Assembly (NCBI GenBank): GCA_964016885.1
Contig: OZ024740.1
Coordinates: 42,284,001 to 42,348,000 of the forward strand
DNA length: 64,000 nt
Origin: Eledone cirrhosa
Lineage: Eukaryota
Direction: 5' to 3'
Shown: one piece after another, positions 1 to 13,200 of the stretch
How positions within the stretch are numbered: position 1 is the stretch's first letter
Layout of the letters: each line of letters starts with the position of its first letter
Notes under the pieces: model-generated
What the model was told of the DNA's origin: nothing
What the model saw: the letters and a program-made list of their open reading frames with translations, nothing else
Databases searched by the model: none
Program-made: the position numbers and the translations under genes

Positions 1-2734
1 ACAATGTAGTGGTGTCGGGAATAGCAGATTTCATGAAATAATATCATTAAGACTGATCACCCATTGATGGGTTGTTTTGATCACAAAAGGCCTAACAATT
101 TCCTTTATTGAACACGTTAGTGTATAGAGTAAATATTTATGCAGTCGCAATAATAATAAACTAGACACTATCTTAATACACAATGTTAAAACTAAATTTA
201 GTTTCAAATAATAGTGATTAAGCTACTTAGATCAAATATTTGTATTTTATACTTGGCGTTTCATAATCCTATTTATACATCAATAAGTGCTTATTTATAT
301 AACCATGGATCGGGGAGATTGCAGGTTGTGAGATTTGTTAGTATTATTGGTTTTCCCTCAAGACAATAGATGTACGTGTGAAGAACAGTTCTAAAGTGTG
401 TTGCAGTACAGGATGAGCGTGTGGAGAAATTATCTTTTAAGTGCAATAGAAGAATAAAATACTTGATATCAGACACTTGGAAAAATATTGACATCTTTCA
501 AAACTTTGTTGTTTTAATATGATTTTAAATATCTGCTGACAGGCATTTACTTTTAAATGAGCTGTTGTATACTTCTTAATGAGATTCGAAGATAATGAGA
601 ATAAAAAGCATTTAGAAATAATTCTTGTGACGAAATCAGTAGAGCGTCTAACTTTTGTATTACAGCATTTAAGTCCAGTGTTATTTTAAATTCTGAGCTA
701 AATTCAGCCCGTTCTCTATAAAATTAAATCAATATCAGTGAAGAACAGGCATTGATTTAATTCATACCACATTTATGAGTTTAAGTAAAGCTAGAAATTG
801 GCATATGGAATGTTGACAAGCGTTGGCAGTTCTCTATTAGTCGGGTAATATAGTAAGGGACAGGCCAGCTCTTGCATTATATAAAGGATTAAGGATAGGT
901 AAGAACGTCGACATTAACGCAGAGGTTTAAGAGTCGATGAAGATCAACAGAACAGTTGATTCCCAAGGACGTTCAGCTCTTTAGCTCAAATATTATGAAA
1001 AGAGCAATGGAAATGGTATTAGGAGTCATTGTAGGTTCCGGATTAAGTCAACTGACACAGAAGTGATGGCAATCGGGACTGTCCAAGGTGTGATTAGAGC
1101 AACGAAATCATTTTGCATACACTTATGCTGTGCCCAAGCACCTATGAAATCATTTCAAACACCAGTAGGATTCATGAAATTATCAACAGATTCCGTCGTG
1201 GTAAGCAGTTTTCGTCTGTCCAGTAACTGTGGCAAAACTGGTAAGCAGGAGAAGATTGAAAAAATGGAGGAGAGACAGGTTGAAGGGGAATATTGCACTT
1301 TATTTAATATTATTCACAGCCATTTGTGTCACTATACCCTATTGATTTTATTCGCAGTAGAATGAAATAGTATTAACTGATGTGGAAGCTTCATTACAAA
1401 ACTAAAGTCGACCAAATTGATTTAATACATGAATGGTATTGATTTCATTTTATTTGAAAATACTCAGAATAGGAGAAAATAACATAAAAGTAATAAAAAA
1501 AGTAAAACTCAATCAAACATATGGAAAAAAGTAGTATTGGAAAGGACTATAAATGCTATAAATAAGGGGAAAAGAAGGGAAAGGGCAATGAATACCAGGC
1601 ATCGAAAAAAGAGGCAAGTGGAGAGGGTGAGAGACTCTCCACCTAAGTCAGAGCGGTGTTTTAGCTGCGCCTCGCTGACAAAATGGCCAACGTATTTCTG
1701 CAGACATTAGCCAGCGACATCCTCTGCAACAGCTAATCCACCTTAATAAAGATACAAATCGACTATAGCTGGATCATCACTCAGAGCATAAAGAGACACC
1801 ACTAAATACCACAGGTTCGATGCAACTAAATCGTATGCCCCCACTATATCCTTATACGAGGATCAAAGAACAATGCTACCTTAGTAATGCATTTATACGC
1901 CAGAATAAAGTGGGTTATAAACATAGCCATAAGAAACCTTTATAATAAAATCTTCTACTGCAACATGACAACTCTGTTAAGAAAATAATGAAACTCATAA
2001 ATCTTTATCTTCTGAATGTTTTAGGTACCATACCTAAGTAAGCCAATTTTATATAAAACTATCGTCATCAGGAAATAGATAAGTTCTAAGAGGGTTTCAA
2101 TTTTGATTGTTAGTTTAGTCAATTTCTTTTCACTTCTGCGTTTAACCGCCACAAAGTAATTTTCTCTTTGTTACCATTGATGCTCATGTATATTCAAAAG
2201 ACGTAATAATATTTTCTTGACAAAGTATTAACACTTTGCTTTTCGTTCTTGAAATTGTCTCATGAATGTAAATTACTTTGAACATGAAATAAAGACATTA
2301 ACTTTGTCGGAATCACTTGAATTGTTTCTTCAAGAAATATTTTAGAGATAATGCTTATTTTATTGAGACTTTAATGAAATAACAGAAAATTAAAGTAGAT
2401 AGTTGCTAGAATAAAATATTCTCACAAAATACATTTATTTATTAGTTACATAAATAGTCGACAGAACAGAGCACGGAACTAACTACCTTACAGCAAATAT
2501 TTTCGATACATTCTGTTCAAATTCCTCTGAAATTGTCTTCGTTCATTATTTTTTCTGTTATTAATGAAATAACTATCAACAATGCCAATTCAATCCCCTT
2601 AAATATTTACTTAATAATATGTGATCTCAATCAAATGTAATACGCCGAAGTCTGTATTTTCTCAGAATGACCTTGATTCCGATGGCTAAAACAAACTAAA
2701 GCACCCCCAATTAAAACCAAATTGACAATAAATT

Positions 2735-3193
2735 AGGTTATTCTTCAAAAGGAACACTCCATCAATGGAGAGTACTATGCCAACTTGTTGAGACAGTTAC
2801 GAAAGGCAATCAATACCAAACGCCCAAGAAAACTGACGAAAGGGGCTTTGTTTCATCAGGACAACGTTCTAGTCCTTGGTTTTAAGGGCTGCGGTTCGTG
2901 ACTGTGGCTTTGAACTGGTTGATCACCCTCCCTATTCTCCTGATTTGACCCCATCTGACTATGGAACAGCACTTGGCTGGGAACCAGTATCGCAGTAATG
3001 ATGACGTCACACCTGCTGTTGACGTTTTTGACCAACATGGTGAAAGCTTCTTAACCAATACTATCCAAGAACTGCAACACCGATGGAAGAAGTGTGTGGA
3101 CTGAAAGGGGATTATGTTGAAAAATAAACCTCCTTTGGTTACAATCAATGAGAGTATCTTGGTAAGCTTATGAACTTTTCAGCCAAGCCTCGT

Positions 3194-3194
<1 letters not shown>
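2735..3194 (+). mobile_element. Mariner (Tc1/mariner) transposon 3' remnant with terminal repeat
   Basis: Frameshifted translation reads INGEYYANLLRQLRKAI..KRPRKLTKG.LFHQDN / HPPYSPDLTPSD / LQHRWKKCVD.KGDYVEK*, the mariner DD34D C-terminus. It ends in the TIR-like ...aacttttcagccaagcctcg-TA. Confidence 0.9.

Positions 3195-3195
<1 letters not shown>

Positions 3196-3270
<75 letters not shown>
3196..3270. repeat. (TG)n microsatellite
   Basis: Perfect dinucleotide run. Many similar (CA)n, (TA)n, (CT)n and (TATC)n tracts occur across the window and generate the low-complexity ORFs. Confidence 0.99.
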
Positions 3271-3273
<3 letters not shown>

Positions 3274-3739
3274 ATGTGAAGTTACATTTTTTACAATTTA
3301 ATTTCTCAACAATAGAATGGAAGAGAGAGAGAAAGAGAGAGAGAGAGAATGAGGAGGAGAAAGAGACTGTTTATATACATATATACATATATGTGTGTGT
3401 ATATATGTATCTGCACGTGTGTGTGTATTTGTATATATCTGACTACACACACACGTATCTACATAGATGTATGTGCTTAGGGGGCGCAGATGTGGAATTT
3501 TAATTGATTCTTAATTAAATTTTAACAGCACAGCCTATACCAATCTCAAATTGCTGTGTAAGGTCAGCCGAACTACTGACTCAATGTCAGACACCGACAG
3601 TCATCCCTCAGATAGTCACACTGACCTATCCAACAGGAACGAGTTAATAAACTCTCCTAGTGTACGCCGCATTCTAAGAACTAAAACATCGCTAGCATAC
3701 ATATACTATTGTCCCTTTCTCTCTTTCATTCTTTCTGAT

Positions 3740-3975
3740 ACCGCTATTAATCATTGGCGGAAACCAATCAAATCAAATTGATACGATGACGCCGCAACGG
3801 AATATAAATTGGCAAAATCTTAAGTATATATAACACTGTCACAGAGATAACTGATTTCAGAGTTGGGCGCGATCAATACCAATCGTACCTTGAGCTGATT
3901 GGTCGCGAAACGCGCGTCACATGTGAATCTAAACTATAATAAAGTAACGAGTCCGGGACTGCGTCAAGAATATAT
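3740..3975. promoter_or_regulatory. CpG-enriched, CCAAT-box-rich promoter-like island
   Basis: Several CCAAT/ATTGG boxes (~3753, 3765, 3808, 3879, 3898), GGCGCG/TCGCGAAA/ACGCGCG E2F-like words and an E-box CACATGTG in otherwise CpG-poor DNA. Confidence 0.35.
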
Positions 3976-4536
3976 ATTTTCTATCCCGTTTGTAAAATAA
4001 GTTGGATTACTTTGAATAAATAATGAATGAATATTACATAATTTATCTACTAAATTTGGTTATTCTTGATTAAATATAAATAATTTTGTTGCTTATTTTA
4101 AGATTCACTTCTTTAAAATTTTCAAATATCAACACTTTCGGTTAGCGATCCCTTAGATAAACATTCATATATTTCCGTCCCTAATGTTCTCCTAATGCAG
4201 TTTATATATAATATCGTTTTAATGTATCATGGATTACGTTACTGATTATATAAGACAGTGTAACGTAGTCTTCGTTCAATTTCTGTGTATATTGTCAATT
4301 ACAATGTTATTTGATGTATCATACCTACATGCATATATATATACTTGTGTATGATATCAACATACACACTCTGCTAGTAAATGTAATGACGCTATATTGA
4401 TACTTCGTTCCTCCTTAACATTATTATCAACACTCTCTTTCTTAAAGATACCGACTGTTTGTCATATCAAACGTAGAATACCACATCGGCAACCGAGCAC
4501 ATCTTAGCATTGAGTTCTCAAACACACACACACGCG

Positions 4537-4581
<45 letters not shown>

Positions 4582-4647
4582 ACACACACACACACACAGA
4601 CAAACACACACGCACACATACACTGTCTCTCTCTCTATATATATATA

Positions 4648-4702
<55 letters not shown>

Positions 4703-4756
4703 GTAAAGGAAATGAATACAAGGAGTTTAAACCGTTAGAACATGTTTATATAACAG

Positions 4757-4799
4757 TGCGCCTACGTACGTTTCACCCGGAATGGGCTTATCAAGGGCA
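4757..4799 (-). ncRNA. Minimal type I hammerhead ribozyme, U3:A8 core variant
   Basis: Minus strand reads tgccc-TTGATAA-gccc attcc gggt-GAAA-cgtacg-TA-ggcgca. Stem II is paired, stem III is the palindrome ACGTACGT and the cleavage triplet is GUA. Confidence 0.7.
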
Positions 4800-5066
4800 T
4801 GGAAAACAAAACAATGATCAATATAGGACCCAGGAGGGATTTCATGGTTAAATTAACATCCTAGTTCATTCTTCTCCCCTGTGCATGTGTTGTTATTATC
4901 GCAGAGCAGGGGAAGTATATGTATATATATATATATATATACATATAAATATATAACTTAGATAACTTTGATAGGTTTCGGCCAGTGTTAGCTCAGGCCA
5001 TATAAATTTATGTAAATAAATAAACATATATATATACATATATATACATATACACACACACACACA

Positions 5067-5128
<62 letters not shown>

Positions 5129-5332
5129 TATATATATATATGAAAATAGGGAGAAAGAGACGATTATGAGGAAGGAAAAAATATTTTTTTCCTTTTTTGT
5201 TTCTCTCTTTTTTCTGGGTTAGAAAATGATTCAAACGGAATATTTTACTTTGTGTGAAGTGTTAAGGTATTAGTTGATTTATTTATTATTTAACAATGGC
5301 ATTTTTTTTATCTATTTATATATTTAATTATT

Positions 5333-5376
5333 GTCTATTACCGGTTTCAGCATTTATATGCATTATCAAATGATAG
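5333..5376 (-). ncRNA. Degenerate minimal hammerhead, U3:A8 variant
   Basis: ctatcat-TTGATAA-t gcat ataa atgc t-GAAA-ccgg-TA-atag. Stem I is weak. Stems II and III match the copy at 35260. Confidence 0.5.
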
Positions 5377-5729
5377 TGAAATGTATGAGTATGGTGTCGC
5401 ACATGGTAAACAGAAGGTGCAGAAAGAATAATGTTATATACAAACAAGGTTTAAGAAGTGAAAAGAAAAAAGAAAAAGGAAAAAAACCCTGCATAATGTG
5501 GAACGTAAAAAGCCAATGTGGAAGAAAAGTTAATGTTATTTACAAGCACAGTCATTGAAGTTAAGCAGTTCAAAATGTGTTAATATCGCAAGAGTGCTTA
5601 GTTGTTCTATGTGCGTATTAACTGTAAAACTAGAAATGTAGTATATAGTATAAGATGTACTGAATGACAATGTTGAGATAAAAATATAGTGTACATAGGT
5701 GAGACAGCTCGTAGTATAGGTGAACGGAT

Positions 5730-5811
5730 AAAATAATTTTGAGATAGAGCGTCCGTGATGTTTGCTCTGATCCGAGCAAACATCACGAACGCTCTATCTC
5801 AAAATTATTTT
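5730..5811. repeat. Hairpin with 38-bp arms (1 mismatch) and a 6-nt loop
   Basis: aaaataattttgagatagagcgtccgtgatgtttgctc-tgatcc-gagcaaacatcacgaacgctctatctcaaaattatttt. Confidence 0.95.
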
Positions 5812-6061
5812 TGAAAAGCATTAGAAATGCGCAACCGGTAAAAACCAAAACTCAATACTAACCAATTCTATTACTAATTCTCACTTATTCCTAATTAAAC
5901 TATTTTTCACTGTGAACAATTTGTCAGCATTTTCTATTCCGTTTACCAATATATATATATATATATATTTAAAGGTTAAAAAAGGTTCAATTAATAAATC
6001 AAAGAATGAGTTTTACAATAGATTGGAAGCACTCAACAACTTTGGTTTTCCGGCGTTATTA

Positions 6062-6360
6062 ATATTAATTCAAAATATTAACAAAAATAGACATTCGTGT
6101 GATCAAGTATATTTTATTATACACATTTCAGAGGTACTGAGCTATCTTCAACAGTACGTCCTCATCAGATAAAATAAGATGATGCATGACATACCCTGAC
6201 TTAGTAGATGATTAAGATTCAGTCATGGTAGTGAACAAGATATGACAAAACTCAATATTTATATACCTTAAGATTGAGACATGAACAAATTTACATATAA
6301 TACAGAGGGTGCGTGTGAGAAAGTTTAAAAATACGTAATAGCAATTTACATAACTGTTAG
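6062..6360 (-). repeat. PLE pseudo-LTR/3' region, second copy at ~60491-60790
   Basis: Clear sequence similarity between 6062-6360 and 60491-60790, plus a short fragment at ~31057-31096. Confidence 0.8.
6110..6176 (-). ncRNA. Type I hammerhead ribozyme in a PLE pseudo-LTR
   Basis: tattttat-CTGATGA-ggacgtactg..cagtacctct-GAAA-tgtgta-TA-ataaaata, with an 8-bp stem I. It lies downstream of, and on the same strand as, the PLE RT at 6901-7701. Confidence 0.8.
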
Positions 6361-6900
6361 AGATTCAAATAATTTAAATTATTGACGAAAGACGAAAGAA
6401 AGAAGAAAGACATAGAGAAATAGATGAGGAAAAATATAGTTACTAGAAGTATAGAAAGCAAAGGAGAATTGATCAATGATAGAGAGACAAGGAGGAATCA
6501 TTTTTATAAAGCATAGGGAGGGAGATTTGTATTGTCGTGGATGAATAGGGTGTGATTAGATGATGCAAAAATATATATATCTATATAAATACATAAATAT
6601 ACACTTAGGAATAGCTCTGTGAAAGAGTAAACTCGAATCTTTGAATTATCTAGAAATAATCAATCAATCTAAATATTAAATATATCTGGGTGTAACTATA
6701 TGAGGGTTTAATTTCGAGTCCTTAGTTAATTAGAAATATACTAGCAATTAATTATATACATTGTATATATCCAAACCTATCCGGCTGACCGTTAAATTTC
6801 GAATCATTTATGTTAGTTCAGAATAATCAATTAATCTAAAGGTATAATATTTCAGGCTATAAAAGTTTATAAATATCTATATTAAAGTATACTAACATAT

Positions 6901-7701
6901 TTAATTTATAAAATCAAATTTAAAGTAATTGGAGACAATTGTGCAAATTCTTCTTGCTAGGTTAAAAGGAATGTTCGTCTTCGTGTGCTTTGGATGGTTG
7001 GAGGTGAATAGCAGGTATTGTTTGGAATCTGTTGGTTTGTAGTGTATGTCAGTTTCAATATTTGTGTCTTTTTTTAAGATTAAGATGTCCAGAAATGGGA
7101 GTTGATCTTGGCTGTATTCCATTGTGAATTGGATGTGGTTATTGATGCCGTTTATTAAGTATTTGAAATCCTTCAGTTGGTCGAGTGTGTGGAACCAAAG
7201 AATGAGATAATCATCTAAGTAGCGTTTCCAATTCTCTGATAAATATTTGTGGAAGTTCAATCCGTATTTTGATTTGGATTGTTCATATATCTGGACTTCT
7301 AAGTATGCCATGACTAAGTTGGCATAAGTTGGAGCGGCTTTTGTACCCATCGCACTCCCCGATATTTGCTTGTAAGTACTGCCATCGAAATCAAAAAAGT
7401 TGTTCTGTAGGATGAATTTTAATCCCTCGGTGATGAAGCTTTTTTCTATTCTGTCAGGTATCTCATTGGGATATTTCTCTAGCCAGAATCCTATTGCTTG
7501 TAGTCCGTATTGGTGTGGGATCGTTGTGTAGAGATTCACTACATCGAAAGACACAATAATAGTGTCGTTCTTGACATGTTTGGGGAGGTGGTTTAAGAGG
7601 TCCAGATCGTCTCTTACAAGGCTTGGTATGTGTTTGAGAATTGGTTTTAGTAGTATGTCTATAAAGTTGCTCAGTCTTTGTGTTTCACATTGTATATACA
7701 T
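6901..7701 (-). pseudogene. Penelope-like element reverse transcriptase (truncated)
   Basis: The ORF contains SFDVVNLYTTIP, YKQISGSAMGTKAAPTYANL, WKRYLDD, FLDILI and YKPTDSKQYL..SNHPKHTK, which are PLE RT and thumb motifs. It is 5'-truncated at a TA-rich tract and no GIY-YIG follows. Confidence 0.92.
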
Positions 7702-7870
7702 ATATACATATATATATTTATATACAATATTTATAATACATATGCAATATTAATTATACATACATACAATATTAATCATACATATGCCATATTAATTATA
7801 TACACATATTATATTAATCATACACATATATACTATATTAATCTCATATATACAATATTATTTTCATATA

Positions 7871-8460
7871 TATTGGGTTACCGAAAAAGTTCGTTGGTTT
7901 TTTAAGCAAAAATAAGACAAGTTTTAAAAACAAAGCGATTTATTCAATCAATGATATCATTAAAGTTTAGTTTCAGTATCTTCTGCTATCTTGTGGCCCG
8001 ATCCATTATTTTCTGCTCACAGCATTTCCTGTCTTTACTGGAGAAAAACTCTTCTAGATGAATCTTTACATTTTTTTTATTTTTGAAAAGCTCTCCGTTC
8101 AACGATTTTTGAAGAGTCTGAAACAGGTAGAAATCTGAAAACGTAATGACAGATGAATATGGAGTGTACGGCAAAACCTTCCATCCAAGACCCAGTAATG
8201 TCTCCTGCCTCAGTATAACGTGTGGAGTCTAGCTTGTCGTGATGAAATACCTTACGATTAACAAATGATGGACACTTATGAGGAATCATTGCGTATAATC
8301 TGTCCAACTGGTCACAGTACATATCTGAATCGATGTTCCTGTCTGTGGGAAGTAGCTCGTAAAAGATACCACTCATCCAGTTCCATTCAATTGAAATCAT
8401 AATCTTTTGCGAGTGCAGTTCTGCATTCGAAGTTGCTTAAAGAGGTCCACTGCGCTTCTA
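7871..8460 (-). mobile_element. Mariner transposon remnant
   Basis: Fragments read ISIEWNWMSGIFYELLP..IDSDMYCDQLDRL..VFHHD / PYS....SDFYLFQTLQKSLNG. A TIR-like TA-ttgggttaccgaaaaagttc lies at 7871. Confidence 0.85.
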
Positions 8461-8667
8461 CCTTGATCGTCTCAGATGCGAGGCAAACCACAACAGAGAT
8501 ACAACCCTCCATCTCAATTTTAATTTTGAAAATCATGAGACCTGTGAAACCAGTAAAGTAAATAAATAAATACTCCTAAAAGAGTCCAGTTGCATTTTCA
8601 ATTTCATTTCCTTATACTTTCACCCGTTTTTTAAAAATAAACTTAATTTCTTTATATATATATATAT

Positions 8668-9149
8668 AATGGTAAACATTGAGGACCGAATGAATTAACT
8701 GATATAAAAGATACAGAAGCGAAAACCAACCAAACAGTGAGTGTGTTAAAAATAAATAATTATATACACAAGCGCAATAACAACAAACACATATAAGCAC
8801 ACACTAGTAAACTAAGATAGAATACAATAACCAAAACACAGTCACACAAACGCGAACACACACGAAACACTATACACACACGCAAACGCATGCGCAGAGA
8901 AGAAGACAAAAATAAATAAATAAATAAATAAACAGATTAAATAAAGATGGCGTAAATATACAATACATCAGGAGGAACATAATAGCACCATTGACGATGT
9001 TGCAGATGTGCAGCGAAAGAACTATATATGTGTTTATATCTATATTATATCTGTGTTTTTGACCGTTGGTCAGTCAATGGTAAACATTGAGGACCGAATG
9101 AATTAACTGATATAAAAGATACAGAAGCGAAAACCAACCAAACAGTGAG
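8668..9149. repeat. 74-bp direct repeat (8668-8741 / 9076-9149), 408-bp period
   Basis: aatggtaaacattgaggaccgaatgaattaactgatataaaagatacagaagcgaaaaccaaccaaacagtgag occurs twice. Confidence 0.9.
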
Positions 9150-9258
9150 CGTGTTCTGTTATTATTTCTGGCAATATTATTACAATATGACCCTCCCCAT
9201 ATATATATATATATATATGGGGAGGGTCATATTGTATGTACTTTATATCGTCTCTATT

Positions 9259-9336
9259 TATTTCAATATATGTATTTCGAAGATGCAAAGTTTTATGTAT
9301 AACATAACCCAGAACATGTCCTCTTCAGACAAAATA
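9259..9336 (-). ncRNA. Degenerate hammerhead motif
   Basis: ttttgt-CTGAAGA-ggacatg...catcttc-GAAA-tacata-TA-ttgaaa. The core is intact; stems I and III are decayed. Confidence 0.45.
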
Positions 9337-9401
9337 CATATGAGATGTATAATTGTTCATGATATGGTAGCCAACCAGCTGGACAGATCGGTAACCACCA
9401 A

Positions 9402-9464
<63 letters not shown>

Positions 9465-10229
9465 TGTGCGTATTATATACAATATGTTTGCGGCTCTGAA
9501 ATCATTGTAAATTGTGTTCTCATATGTGTGAAATTCGGCAAAATATCTTCCTTAATATAAATGGATCCTATATACTCTAATCAATGATATCGATAAATGG
9601 AAGATTGCTTGTTATGGTTTCAAATGTAAAAATTTCCTTTGTTGCAGGTATGGAATCGGCAGAAAAGGATAGAAAGTAAGATGAAATTATTCAATTCGGT
9701 ATCTTTAAAATGTAACTTCAAATTCAGCTGCAATCAAGTTTGCCATTCAGAGAATTCGTATTTTTTGTTGCAAGCAGTGCTGTGATGTGAATATATTTCC
9801 TTTCTCCCACCATACAGAAGAAAATCAAATACAAAACAGAAATTTCTAGAAGACATTTACAAAAACCATTTTAGCGCGAAATATAGTAAAACATAAAATC
9901 TAAATTATGCAAAAGCGAAATATGTTGAAATATATCTGATCGTCTGAGCCTTAAATCTAATATTTGAATATTAGATGAAAACAAAAACCATGCGAATATA
10001 TGTATGTTCTTCTGGATTTATAATTTCGAAAGTTTTTGCCAATGGAGAGAGAGTCGGTTTCTAACATAGATACAAGACTCACTCATTGGAATTTACACAA
10101 CATCAACTAGGTAGATATGTATACATGCATGTGTGTGTAGGTATGGATATTATTGCATGTGTGGGTGTGTATGCTTTGAGATGTATGTATGCATGTGCAT
10201 ATGCTTTGTATCTGTAGAAGTATATATAC

Positions 10230-13200
10230 AGTTATTAGAATATTTTTGGAATGTTTTACATATTTTTACTGTTCCATTAATGGATTGTACTTGTAATTTC
10301 ATAACTAGTTGTGTTCTTTCTGGAGCCTAGCTTCTCAAGATTTGTATTGAGGCAGTTACTAACATATCCCAGTGCCCCAATAATCTCAGGCATAATTCTG
10401 AAGGTGTAATCACGGTGGAGTATCTGCAGATTTCTCATCAGTTCTGCATAAATATTCTCCTTTTCACTAATCTTTGATATTATATTGGCATCTGCTGGGC
10501 AGATAATTTCCACTACTGTGCATGTTTTCTTCTCCCTGTCCCATATCATAATATCTGGTCTGTTATGCCTGCATTTTATTGAGATTTTTACTGGAACATT
10601 CCACCAGTACTCTTTCATATTATGTACATGGATGTCTCCCACATTGTTGTAGCTTTTAATGTGTTTATTATCGGGGCTATCTTTTTTACGAACTGCATTG
10701 TACAGTGTTTTGGCCACTATATCATGCCTCATAGGTAGATAGTACCGCGATGACATCTTTGGACAGCTGTTGATGACATGGGTGATATCCTCGATGTTAG
10801 TTCTGCAGAGTCTGCACTTGTTATAACATCTATGTGTTTTGCCTGCATCCCTATCTCTTTTGTGAATCTTGGATTGCAAAAGCGTATCCTTCAAAGTGGG
10901 AGCCAATATAGCGGTTGTTGGTCCAAGATAGACTACTTTCCTTATTTATATTACAGTCACTCTGGAGCTTCCTGGCAACATATCCATGCATGATAGGCAT
11001 GCAGTTTTTCATTCATGGATTTACTGCGATACTGCTGAGCAACATCCCTGGGTGTGAGTTTTTGATTATCACACAGGGAATATCTCTCAAGAAGTTCCTT
11101 CCCAACTCTCATGATCTTATCTGTTTCATGCAGATAGACTTGCTCGAGAAGCGGGACCCTACGCTTTGAGGTTCGTAGATGTTGTCGGAGAGATATGATG
11201 CGACATTCAAATGTTGTCTGGACTTATGATAGGCCTCTGCCTCCCTGCTTACGTTTCAAGTAAAGGCGGTCTATGTCACTGTTGATGTGGAAGTTTCCGG
11301 TGTTGTTCAGTATTTTTCGAGTTCCAACAACAACTGCTCGGATTTCGTCTATCGTCCACTTGCGTATTCCAAACGTTGGTGTTAGGACAGTCACAGCAAA
11401 CACATTGTGAGCCACTGCTTTGTTTTGCGCAGAGAGTTCCGATGACCAGATCTTTCTTAATCGGGTGTAGTATTCCCTGGTTACGCGTTCTTTATTACAG
11501 ATACCATTATAGGATATGTTCTCACCTATCCCCAGGTATCTGTAGCAGTCCTCATCAGATATCGGTGAAACAGTTAGACCATTGATGACAATGTTGCTAG
11601 ATTGGGGTGTTGTTTTTCCCTGCTTTACAGTCATGTATGAGCATTTATCTTGGCCAAACTCCATTCCTATATCCTTTGAGAACGTTGTAACCAGGTCAAG
11701 ATTTTTCTTCATCCCATCCATGTTCTTGGCATAGAGTTTCAGATCGTCCACAAAGAAGTTATGGGTTAGGTTCGTATTTCTGTCCTCCTGGGAGCCAATG
11801 ATGTATCCCTCACATTTCTTGAACAGAAAGGACAAGGGATTTAATGACAAGATGAACAATATCACAGAGAGACTGTCCCCCTGAAATATAGCCCTGCAAT
11901 ATTTTATTTTATCAGTGAAAATAGAGTCCTCCCTCTCTGTCTTTAACCTTAGGATAGTAGCCCAAGAAGACGGCCTCTCTATGGCTCTGAGAATAATGTC
12001 TGGGACTTTAGCAAGTTGGAGGTCCTCTATCATCCAAGAGTGGGGAACAGAATCGAAAGCTTTCCTGTAGTCCAGCCAGACTGTAGTCATATTCCTCCTA
12101 AGTTATCGCACCTCCGACATCGCAGTTTTGTTGATTAGGAGTTGTTCAGCACATCCCCAAACCCTTTTCTTTCCAGCTGCTTGTTCATCTGTGATGATGT
12201 TATTATTTTCACAGTGATCTTGGAGGAATAGGTTCAGGCAGGCTATATACATCTTATACATCAGGTTCTGGCATGCAATGGGTCGGTAGTTTTTTGCCAA
12301 GTGGGTGTCTTTGTTATTGGGGACCAGTAATGTTTGTGCTAATGTCAACCATTCTGGTATAAGTGTATCTCCCTTAAGAACTTGTTGATAGAGGTCAGTA
12401 AGATACCTCCGATATAATATTAGTTTTTTGTACCAGTAGCCGACAATCATGTCTCTTCCTGGTGTTTCTTATCTTGGAGTTTTCCTATCACAGTTTCAAG
12501 GGTAGCCTCACTTATTTTGTATGTTTTTGTTGTAGTGTAGGAGCAATAGTTCTTTCAGATTTCTCTTAGCCACACTGCATCTTGGTTGAAATTCTTCTTT
12601 TCACCCAATATTTTTCTCCAAAAGGAATCTATGTTCTGGGATTGGGCCTCAGTGACACTTATTATTTTGCCCTTCATATCTCTATAGACTGATGTTTGTT
12701 TTCGACTGAATCTTTTATTAAACATTTTTCTCTCGTCTACCTTCTTCAGGTATCGGCGTTTTTCGCTAACAGCTCTCAATTCTTGTTTGAGGGTGATCAG
12801 CTTATATTGGAGAGTTCTGGTTCTACTGTTACCAAACATCGTCTCTATTTTATTTTTCACTCTTGGAGTGAGGTTTTTTATGTTTGTTTGCATGTAAGGA
12901 GCATTGTCACATATCCTATGTTTATTCGCACGTCAGCAATCTTTTTTTCTATTTTAGTTATATATGATGGTATTTTTGGTGGTCTTTTGTTCTTGTTAAT
13001 ATCTCTGCTATCACCAAGATAATACTTCACTGTCATTGGTAAGGCATATAAACAGAACAGGCGTTGATTTGCCAAAATGTTGGGGTTTTTATCCGTCGTA
13101 AATATTCATCCCCTATTTCGTCAATAACACGTAGTATTTCATTATTTGGTTTTTTATTCACCATTGTCATTTTAACACGTTCAACAGAGATATTTATACA

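Noticed and set aside
1-1400. Possible decayed PLE or other coding remnant, including ORF 1063-1365
   Set aside because: No diagnostic motif recognised; too degraded to call.
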